A DNA stretch of 64,000 bases from Trypanosoma brucei (Eukaryota): contig CH464491.1 in the NCBI GenBank assembly GCA_000002445.1, positions 2,112,001 to 2,176,000 of the forward strand, written 5' to 3'. This document shows positions 55,774-64,000 of this stretch, one piece after another (within the stretch, counting starts at the first letter, position 1; every line of letters begins with the position of its first letter). The notes below the pieces were generated by a model. It was not told the DNA's origin, searched no databases, and worked only from the letters and a program-made list of their open reading frames with translations. The position numbers were made by a program, and so were the translations under genes.

Positions 55774-58620
55774 TTACACCAGGGAGTGCTCTATTTGAAG
55801 GGGTACACCGGTGCCGGGGTCACGTATTAAAGTATAATCTCTCTTGAACTCCTCGGAATCAAAAAAGGCATTTAGAGCCTCCTTTGATACATTCATTGTG
55901 CAATGCTCCAGCTGCATTACGTCAATACGCACGCGTGTCGGCTCCACGCCACCTGACATTTGCCGCTCGAACGCCCGAATAGCATGGACAGCAACCTTTA
56001 TGTGATGCTGAATGAGAGGCAGAGGCTCCGTATCGGAATCGAAGTATTTACGAAACCTGTTCTCCATCGCACTCCGCAGACTGTACTTTTGAGTCTGAAT
56101 AAAGCAGCGTAAAAATAGTGATATTGCGGCATTAACATCTTCGTCGCGAACGAAGTCACGAAGGTGCAACCGCGCATGAGCTTCGGAAAGGCGTATCACT
56201 GACTCCATATGCCTAACAGTGATCGCCACACCACCATGTTTCGACTCCTGTCGGAGTTCCGTGTAGAGCCGCGCAATTGTGTTTGCATCGATATTGGAAA
56301 CACGGGGGTGACAGTGTGCCTTGGCATAAAGAATATACTTTCTCAGCAATTGCTGCGGCAGCGGTTTATCACTTGACGGATCTTCATCTTCATTCAGTGG
56401 CTCGTTGGCGAGAGAGTTACGTAGTTGCTGCAACTGCGCCTCTACCACCCGGCGTTCCTCTTCTGTGGATGCGTTCTCCAGCGCGTACCGTAAACTGGAC
56501 AGTCGTTCCTGCAGTTCTCGCTCACTGCGCCGGCTCTCCTGTTGCGTTCGGGGATGGTTTCGAATGTGTGAATGACATATAAAAGTTGCTAACTTTTCGT
56601 CCAACTCCACGTTAACCTCGTCACGCACAACAAAGAGGAGATCGAAACGCGAAAGAATTGGTGTTGTAAGATTGACGTTAGAGTCAAACGATATGGAGGG
56701 GTCGTACCGCCCCCCTATAGGATTGGCCGCAGCGACTATGCTACACCGTGCTGAAAGCGTAGTGACAATACCACCACGAGCAACGGATATGGTTTGCTGC
56801 TCCATCGCTTCATGAATTGAAGTACGGTCTTGATCAGACATTTTGTCAAATTCGTCAATAAGGCAGCTGCCCCGGTCTGCAATAACAAGCGCGCCACCCT
56901 CCAACACAAAATCCCCCGTAACACCATCCCTATGCACGGAAGCCGTAAGCCCAACGGCTGTGGAGCCTCGACCCGTTGTGAAGACTGCGCGATTTGCCGT
57001 CTTCTCCACAAATTTGAGGAACTGAGATTTGGCACAGCCGGGATCACCAACAAGCAACACGTTAATGTCCCCTCGAATACGATGTGATTGATCGCCACCC
57101 ACGTCTTTTGGCACACCACCGAGCATCCCCAAGAGAAGACCAAGTTTGATGTCTTCACGCCCGTGGATGCTCGGAGCAATTGAGCGTAACAACTTCCGCT
57201 TGACACGCGGGTGCTTAGCCAGGTCCATTATTCGGACCCGCTCATCGTCAGGCAAGCGAAAACTATCGACCTCAGCGGTGCGACGCACCACGTTATTCGC
57301 GTGTAGCAAAGTTGTGAATACGGGAAAGCCCTGACGACTGTTTAGAAGCGGGTCGAAATTGTTGCGGTAGATTCCTGTGACGTCCACCTCCTCTCCAGGG
57401 TTCGCGCGGTCAATCAAGTCGTTCGTAAGAATGACCTCCAGGCTCCGTGGAAGCCGACCAGGAGGTACCTTCCCGGGTGATTCCTGCAGTACAATCGTCT
57501 GATGGTTGCGATACTCTGTGAGGGTCATGTTTACACGAAAGGGGCCCTTACTGTGGCAACTAGGACACAAACTGACGCGTTGCTCCTTATCTCCCCGCTG
57601 GTATATGGGACCAATAATGTAGCTGCAACGCACACAGTCGTACCTAACCGCCTGCATCTGGGGGTAAACGGGGGAACGCCGGATGACCACTCCCTCAACG
57701 CGCACAAGGACATTCATGTGTATCTGACGAAAGTCACGAATTGGGTCACACAACGGTAGGTCACATATTCGGACCAGAATGTGTTTATGGACTTTTCTGT
57801 AATGTGGAAACAGTTTAAAAGCAAAGTAGTTTGCTGCATCCTCCAGCAGTTCAATCATCACGTCGGGAACATCGACAAGCCACAGCGCCAACACAGAATC
57901 GTAGACGCGACTCAAATGGCTGTAGCTTAGCTGGAAGCTCTGCTCATTCTCACGAGCCATCAGATGCACCTTCTGTTCATAGACACAGACGCCATTTTCC
58001 ACATAGTTTAGGTAAAAGTTGTAGATACGGTTCTTCACAACGTGTCGAGGAAGTTCCTGAGAGAGCCACTCCACCAGGTCACACTGAGGTTGCCGCCAGT
58101 CAAAATCCATGGGGCCCAGCTCCCCGCGAACGTACACACCATCGTCATTGCCAGCGGTAGTGGTAACATCCTCATCCTCCTCATCGCCACCGGCACCTCT
58201 CCCTCCCACGCTTCCCTCCGCTGTAAAACCACTTCCGTCGCTACCAGTGCTAGGAATAGAATCCTTATCTACATCACTGAAGACACCCTCCTCCAATTGT
58301 CTTCGCTCCTCACGCAACCGCTGTTCCATTTCATTTCTTCTGTCGAGCAACGCATCAACAGCCAACCGGCCGGAGTCTGATATGACAGAAATATCGCTAT
58401 TGTCGTCAATCCAGTCGTCGTCCTCTACATCATCTTCAAGGACTTCGCTCTCCTCATCAGGGTGAAGATAATCGCGCTCGTAGTTGTCACCGAAGAGGTC
58501 CTCGCCTAGTTCTTCCTCGTCTCGTTCACTATCATCATCTTCTTCGCGCCCCCCGACGTCGTCAGCGCCTTGATGACGTGACGTGTCACCCTCCCGCCTG
58601 CGCTTGCGGTGAGGAGGCAT
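55774..58620 (-). CDS. MCM2: MCM family replicative helicase subunit, most like MCM2.
   Basis: The 948-aa ORF has Walker A GDPGCAKSQFLKFVEK (MCM2-type GDPGTAKSQFLKY), Walker B CLIDEFDKM and the arginine finger ILSRFDLLFVV. It has the C4 zinc finger CVRCS...CPSC. The long acidic N-terminal extension with a basic NLS-like start (MPPHRKRRREGD) is typical of MCM2. Confidence 0.82.
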   Translation of the reverse strand: MPPHRKRRREGDTSRHQGADDVGGREEDDDSERDEEELGEDLFGDNYERDYLHPDEESEVLEDDVEDDDWIDDNSDISVISDSGRLAVDALLDRRNEMEQRLREERRQLEEGVFSDVDKDSIPSTGSDGSGFTAEGSVGGRGAGGDEEDEDVTTTAGNDDGVYVRGELGPMDFDWRQPQCDLVEWLSQELPRHVVKNRIYNFYLNYVENGVCVYEQKVHLMARENEQSFQLSYSHLSRVYDSVLALWLVDVPDVMIELLEDAANYFAFKLFPHYRKVHKHILVRICDLPLCDPIRDFRQIHMNVLVRVEGVVIRRSPVYPQMQAVRYDCVRCSYIIGPIYQRGDKEQRVSLCPSCHSKGPFRVNMTLTEYRNHQTIVLQESPGKVPPGRLPRSLEVILTNDLIDRANPGEEVDVTGIYRNNFDPLLNSRQGFPVFTTLLHANNVVRRTAEVDSFRLPDDERVRIMDLAKHPRVKRKLLRSIAPSIHGREDIKLGLLLGMLGGVPKDVGGDQSHRIRGDINVLLVGDPGCAKSQFLKFVEKTANRAVFTTGRGSTAVGLTASVHRDGVTGDFVLEGGALVIADRGSCLIDEFDKMSDQDRTSIHEAMEQQTISVARGGIVTTLSARCSIVAAANPIGGRYDPSISFDSNVNLTTPILSRFDLLFVVRDEVNVELDEKLATFICHSHIRNHPRTQQESRRSERELQERLSSLRYALENASTEEERRVVEAQLQQLRNSLANEPLNEDEDPSSDKPLPQQLLRKYILYAKAHCHPRVSNIDANTIARLYTELRQESKHGGVAITVRHMESVIRLSEAHARLHLRDFVRDEDVNAAISLFLRCFIQTQKYSLRSAMENRFRKYFDSDTEPLPLIQHHIKVAVHAIRAFERQMSGGVEPTRVRIDVMQLEHCTMNVSKEALNAFFDSEEFKRDYTLIRDPGTGVPLQIEHSLV

Positions 58621-59273
58621 AGAAACGCTTACGCAAAGAGCAGAGCCCCTGGAGCCGCTATAACTTCAGCTAGCTTTTGAAATGCTTTACGAAAAGAAAG
58701 ATGTAAAGAAAAAATGAGGAAGGAATGGTAACCACATCCATTCCTTAACAGTCCTTCTGGGCACCGTGCCTCATACCAGTAATATCACTTTTCCTTTTTC
58801 TTGAGTGGGAGGGGTGTCCTTCACTGATGTCAAAATCCGTCAAAAGTCACAGCGTATTGGTCACACGTCCACTAAAGTGAAACTTCTCGTGCTCAATAGA
58901 TCCATACATCTCCTTACAGATGCCGACCCGGAGGCACCGAGCACAAGGGCTTGAAGTTGTTTAAAGAAGCATAAAAACACAGGACAAAAATGAGAAATAA
59001 AAAAAATATCTGTGAAAACCATTGCAAAAATAACACTCAAAAAAAAAGTGGTGCTACCACATATTTCCTCTCCATGTGAAAGGAGGTGAGCAAGCCCCGT
59101 TAAACATGGGCATTGGTGAAAGAAAATAGCATCCACAAAGCACACAAAAGTCAACAGCAACGGCCACAATAGCACAATAAATGCTCTGTGGTGTCGCCCA
59201 GTGCTTGTGTCTTTGATAATATTATTCAAAAGTATTGGCGGATTGTTTCGGCCCTGCGGCAGGCCTCCACCAT

Positions 59274-61046
59274 CTAAACACCAATGTCACAGGCAGTAAC
59301 CCTGTCACTGCGCAGCGTTGTGAAGAACCAATCGGCATTTTCAACCTCCTCAATATTTACAAACAGCCCTCCGCCGAAAACGACGCCCTTTTCATCCTCG
59401 AAGGGGCACCCTCTTAAGTAACCCTTGCATCGTCTACGTGACCTCACTGTGGCCCCGTGCTGAGCCACCAGCTCTTGCGGAACCCACAGAGCGGAAGTAT
59501 AACGACGCTCCCAAGCACGCAGTGCGAGGAGACTTTTCAGGGTACCGCTGTATGGTTTATTCAAAATATCATGAGGTATGTAACTTGGCCACCATTTCAA
59601 GGCTTCAGCAGGAACCTTCACATCCGACATGTTGTAGATGACAAACGGGCGGCCGGAGGCACTGTACATGTGTTCCACGCGGAAAGCGTCCGGTGACAGC
59701 GTCCATCGGTCGCTTAAATAGTCTAGAAATGTTGCTGGTATCCACATCCGTGAAAGGGTCTTTTTCGCGCACTGGGCTCGTACACACTCCCAAGCGCACG
59801 AAATTCCAAAAACAGGAGCCTGGTTAAGAAACATTGTTGGGGTCTTCATTATCATCTCTTCGAGGTGCAGTGGGTCTTCAAACTGCTCTACGTTGAAGAA
59901 GCAACTGCTGCTCTGCATACCACAATGAGTGTCATGAATTCCTGGTGTGACGAACGTTATGCCCTGTTCCCGTGGCTTCAAGCGGACGACACCACCAACT
60001 TCATCCGTGTGGAGTACAAAGTAGGGATTGGCGTACCCCCTTAGAAGCGCAAAGCGCTGAAGGGCCTTCTGAAACTCGCGATTGGTGCAGTGGACGGTAG
60101 CCATGCGGGACAGACTGAACAGCACGGGAAGGGAAAGTTTTGCTACCTCTTCCGCTAAACAGCGGTGCCTGACAGTACTTACTGGCTCTCTAGCAAGGGA
60201 GGAAAGGAACGGAAAACCACTGACCTTCATTTGGCCAATCGTTACGCCACCAACTGCCAAATCAATTTCCTTTTTCGTCGGAAACACATCGGCGTCCTCA
60301 AACTGGTCGGCGCAGAAGTACTCCACGGCGTGCGCACCTCCCTTTCCGGAAAAGTACGACGTAAGTATGGGAGGATAGTCCCTCATTCCCTCCCTTGAAA
60401 CATTTACGCCAAATGAAGCGCCTTCTGCCATGGTAACCCATGTGCGAGAAACATAACCGCAGCGCAGGGCCTTTCGACGCATAAGTATAGAGATAGGACG
60501 GGGAAACGGTTGATTTGTGAGGGAATGGGGTTCATAAAGAACACAATCGCTTGGGTTGTAGCGCCCCTGGAAGGGTGTTTGCTCCGCGTTGATTAAGCGC
60601 CTGCTGCTGCAGCCCTCACCCACCCAGTAGGGGCTCCTAAAACAAGCTTTCCCGGCTATCAACTTCAACGCTTTAACACGAGATTCCCCAAAGGGAGCTC
60701 CAACGGATGACAGAGGGAAGGATCCGTGTAGTCCCGCAGCGATGTTGCCCTTGTAGTCTTCGAAGAACTCCACATCCGTCGTGTGAGCGGCGTTAACCAG
60801 TATACGATCGTGGCCAAGAGCTGCAAGGTCAGTAACAGCACATCCCGGTATTAACAAAACGTCGCACAAAATAGCGTTCGGAAGCAGTGTGATTCCTTCT
60901 TTCAGGCCTTTCACCAGCCTTTTGGGAACCCAAACATTACTCTCCAGTTTGTATCGACTAGCGAATACGATGAGGCCGCGACAAATCTCCTCAGGAAAAA
61001 ATGCACCGGTGAAAAGGTGAGGTGTTTTCCACCTCCATTTGGTCAT
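59274..61046 (-). CDS. Conserved hypothetical protein.
   Basis: The 590-aa ORF has coding-like composition throughout and lies on the same strand as its neighbours. I recognise no motif. Confidence 0.5.
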   Translation of the reverse strand: MTKWRWKTPHLFTGAFFPEEICRGLIVFASRYKLESNVWVPKRLVKGLKEGITLLPNAILCDVLLIPGCAVTDLAALGHDRILVNAAHTTDVEFFEDYKGNIAAGLHGSFPLSSVGAPFGESRVKALKLIAGKACFRSPYWVGEGCSSRRLINAEQTPFQGRYNPSDCVLYEPHSLTNQPFPRPISILMRRKALRCGYVSRTWVTMAEGASFGVNVSREGMRDYPPILTSYFSGKGGAHAVEYFCADQFEDADVFPTKKEIDLAVGGVTIGQMKVSGFPFLSSLAREPVSTVRHRCLAEEVAKLSLPVLFSLSRMATVHCTNREFQKALQRFALLRGYANPYFVLHTDEVGGVVRLKPREQGITFVTPGIHDTHCGMQSSSCFFNVEQFEDPLHLEEMIMKTPTMFLNQAPVFGISCAWECVRAQCAKKTLSRMWIPATFLDYLSDRWTLSPDAFRVEHMYSASGRPFVIYNMSDVKVPAEALKWWPSYIPHDILNKPYSGTLKSLLALRAWERRYTSALWVPQELVAQHGATVRSRRRCKGYLRGCPFEDEKGVVFGGGLFVNIEEVENADWFFTTLRSDRVTACDIGV

Positions 61047-61473
61047 GACCCTTCAAACTACACCGCTGCCAACAGGGAATACGAAAAAAAAAAAGTGAGC
61101 AACAACCCGCAACTTGTGTTCGATCCTTACCACACTTCTAGCATGTTGTGGGGAAATAGAGACAGCATTTACCTTTTAAAAAAAAAGATAGAAAAATGCG
61201 GCACAGATGAGATGTCATCCAGTACAGAGGAATAGTGAAGGCAGGTGGAAGGCAGCGTGAGATAAAATCAATATCGCGCAACGGATAGTGCCTGATCCCT
61301 ACCTTTAACAACGTAGCGTTGCTTCGGCATTGTTTCCCGAGAACAAAAGTGTACATCGCACTTTGTAGGCCCAACTCCAGCGGCCTGCAAGGGAGAACCG
61401 ATGCTTTTCTCACACCTTCACCCGTACCTGTGGTAGTTTTGCGTTGCAAGGAAAAGTCAACCCTGCGAGCGAA

Positions 61474-61953
61474 TCAATCACTGATGCTAAAGGTGGCCCT
61501 AAATTCCCTCATCCGGGCTTCGAGGTATTCAGTCAACTCCTTCCCGCTTGCCACGAGTTCTTCAGCAATCTGTTCCCGCTCCAGCGCGTACCTCTTCACT
61601 GAACGACTGTGTTTCCTGAATTCCTCATGTAGATTCGCCACAGCCGGGTCAACCAGCAGAACAGAAGAGTCAGGGCTTTGCCCAACATTATACGGCGTCG
61701 CAGTAAAAGCATTTTTACAGAGCGGTGGGCGTCCCCGCTTCTTGCGATCGGGCTGCAGGGTCCCATTCCCCTGGTTATCCACCAAATTACCGTCTGAATC
61801 CGTGCCTGATAACTGGACTGCTATTTCGTGAAGACGGTCGAAGCCCTCTTCTATCTTACAATCCAAAACCCTCAATCGTCTCAGGTACCGCCACGCATCC
61901 GAACGAGTGTGCTCCGTGCTCGCAACAAACAATTCGAGTTGGTTTAGTTCCAT
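61474..61953 (-). CDS. Small hypothetical protein with an AT-hook-like motif.
   Basis: The 159-aa ORF contains RKKRGRPPL, which has the AT-hook core. The start codon abuts a (TA)n microsatellite. Confidence 0.4.
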   Translation of the reverse strand: MELNQLELFVASTEHTRSDAWRYLRRLRVLDCKIEEGFDRLHEIAVQLSGTDSDGNLVDNQGNGTLQPDRKKRGRPPLCKNAFTATPYNVGQSPDSSVLLVDPAVANLHEEFRKHSRSVKRYALEREQIAEELVASGKELTEYLEARMREFRATFSISD

Positions 61954-63120
61954 ATATATATATATATATATATTTATTTATTTATTTATTTCGTGAGTGA
62001 GTGAGAAAACGCCGGAGTGTAACAACGCTTATCGGTGTGATGATTGTGCTCGTGACAATACAGTTAGTTTAATCCAGCAAAGCGCAATCTGGGTATAATC
62101 CGTCCCACCCGCCCGCATACGCGGCCGCCGCCCAGTGGGGAACTTGTGGGTCCGAAACCTCTTCGTTTCCTTGTCGTTGTTGGATGTAATTGATGTGGTG
62201 CATAGTGAAATTGCAAAAGGGGAAGGAATGGCAAAGCAGTTGGTTATGTAACTGAAGTGAACACATGTGGTATAAACGACATGTACAAGCGAGCCCACAG
62301 TCTCTCGATGAGCCCACTTAGGGATAATTGGAAACATTCCAGATGCCCAACTCCTCTGTGGAACAACACTCGAGTAACAAAAGGGAAGAGAAACTGATGG
62401 ATTCCTCAGACAAACAACGCGAAAGGAAGTAACAACAACACAGTGCGGTAATGATAATGGTTGAGTAAAAGCAGCTTAAAAATCGGGCGCCTCACAGGTG
62501 CCTCACGCACGCGAAACATCGTATTATACCAAAGGATTTGCAATAACCCCCCCCCATAAAACCAGTGTCGCCTTAACATGCTGGGGGTAACGGAACACTG
62601 TGTTTGTACAACCGGGCCCCCTCTCACTACCGCCTATCCATTAAATGGCATTTTTAATTCTATTGAACTACGACGTATGCTTTCCACATTTCTGCTTTAC
62701 TCTTTTTTTAAATACCCGCCCCCTCAATTGTTTATTAGTAGTGTAGACATGCCCCCCCCCCTCCCTTCCTGGTCCCGAACGGCCGAATTAACCCTTTCCC
62801 TCAATAGTAAACACCACCCCCTTCACCCGCATAACATGTAAGGCCCCCTCACCGAAAGCACCGATCGTCAGATTTGTTATTTAAAATATTTAAAAGCCCT
62901 TCTTCACATCATTCCCCGAGACCCCCCTCCACAAAGAGTAAAGATGCCAACACACACACACACAGGGCCATGCAGAAGGTAAGAAAAAAGGGGGAGAAGT
63001 GTGTCCATATGGACGGACCATCGACCGCGTGTTCTGCTGCCAACGTAGCGAAGGGACAAGAAGAGAGCAAGGAGTGTGATCAGTCGAAAACGTATTTACT
63101 CTCGACAAACACGACGACGT

Positions 63121-63987
63121 TCAGCTGGATCTCCCGTCCCACTGCCATTGTGGCGAAGGGAGTCGTTCACTCCTTAACTTGTACACGCCAATGGTATCAT
63201 TTCCAGCGTATACAAGCCCCATATCTTGCGGGCTCCAGCGACGCACCTCTCTGCGAACGGTGTAGTCCTTCACAAGTTTATAGTGAGTGTAGAGGAGTTC
63301 GTGAAAACGCCAGTCACCTGTCGAAGCTACATCACCAATGTAAATGACGACCTTGCCACCTGCTTGTGTGAAGTACTCCAAAGCTTCGAACGCCATGGAG
63401 CTCTGCTCCTCCTTGGGAGAGCCGAATGGGGGCCAAGAGAGTAGTAGCACACTTGTAGGACACTGCAATGAGAGCAGAGCAACGGGTCCCCCGAGCGACA
63501 CACACACACTGTAAGGACAATTCAGTGCAACCTCGTCAAAGGCGTATATGGGAAGCTTTTTCTTGGGGTAAAAGCACGCATGCACACCCTCAAACGAAGA
63601 GATGCCCAAAGCAGGATCTGGATCCCTTGGCGCCGCCGGTACGCCATTGGCAACACGGTTAAAAATGTGTTCCACGTACCCAACGCCACTTCCCACACTC
63701 ACAATACAACTCATCTCAGGAAGAGCCCTGTACGCAGCATCCAATGCATCCTTCACGTGTTTGGGAGATACGAGACTCCAAGCGAATGCCGTTGATGCAA
63801 TACGGTGTGCCTCGTACGTCAGTGGCACCTTCAAAATGTCCGGCAGTTCCCTACGACACCGATCAATTTCATCTTTAAAGATTTGGTAATCATCACCAGA
63901 GGCGTCAAAGATGGCATCGACCAAGTACGCTATGTGTGGAAAGTAACACATAAGAGAACATCGGGGGCAATTACGATAGTAATACAT
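63121..63987 (-). CDS. Hypothetical protein, possibly an SAM-dependent methyltransferase-like fold.
   Basis: The 288-aa ORF contains IVSVGSGVGYVEHIF, weakly resembling methyltransferase motif I (hhDhGxGxG). Its start lies near the window edge, so the upstream context is not visible. Confidence 0.4.
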   Translation of the reverse strand: MYYYRNCPRCSLMCYFPHIAYLVDAIFDASGDDYQIFKDEIDRCRRELPDILKVPLTYEAHRIASTAFAWSLVSPKHVKDALDAAYRALPEMSCIVSVGSGVGYVEHIFNRVANGVPAAPRDPDPALGISSFEGVHACFYPKKKLPIYAFDEVALNCPYSVCVSLGGPVALLSLQCPTSVLLLSWPPFGSPKEEQSSMAFEALEYFTQAGGKVVIYIGDVASTGDWRFHELLYTHYKLVKDYTVRREVRRWSPQDMGLVYAGNDTIGVYKLRSERLPSPQWQWDGRSS

Positions 63988-64000
63988 CTCTCCTACCCTT

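Noticed and set aside
1-64000. tRNA, rRNA, spliced-leader, CRISPR and retroelement (ingi/RIME/SLACS-like) candidates.
   Set aside because: I scanned for tRNA box-B-like GGTTCGAxTCC motifs, rRNA-like conserved blocks and long ORFs with RT or endonuclease motifs. Nothing convincing was found. CRISPR is not expected in a eukaryote. A negative by-eye scan is not definitive, so a tRNAscan/Infernal run is needed.

Overview
This window looks like a trypanosomatid nuclear chromosome segment, most like an African trypanosome (about 45% GC, many (TA)n microsatellites, no introns, leishmanolysin genes). All 22 credible protein-coding genes lie on the minus strand, so the window is part of one head-to-tail polycistronic transcription unit read from high to low coordinates.

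The main structured element is a tandem GP63/leishmanolysin (major surface protease) array at about 18.5-29.9 kb:
- It has three intact copies and one 3'-truncated, frameshifted pseudocopy.
- The repeat unit has precise boundaries.
- The C-terminal tails are copy-specific and low-complexity; one copy carries a 15-bp (SEGSS)n repeat.
- A Tctex-type dynein light-chain gene sits inside the array, and its 3' end coincides with a repeat junction.

Genes I recognise with some confidence:
- CFAP52/WDR16 WD40 protein
- ribonucleotide reductase large subunit (RNR1)
- an MCM2-like replicative helicase subunit
- a CCR4/nocturnin-like endonuclease/exonuclease/phosphatase-family nuclease
- an ATP-grasp enzyme
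- a short-chain dehydrogenase/reductase (SDR)-domain protein
- an EF-hand membrane protein
- a small 4-TM cysteine-loop membrane protein

The most unusual non-genic feature is a roughly 7.2 kb ORF-free, extremely low-complexity stretch (about 38.4-45.6 kb). It is full of A/T microsatellites and G/C homopolymers and interrupts the co-directional gene cluster. It is a candidate internal PTU boundary (termination/re-initiation) or may hold unannotated small RNAs. I found no tRNA, rRNA, CRISPR or recognisable retroelement by eye.
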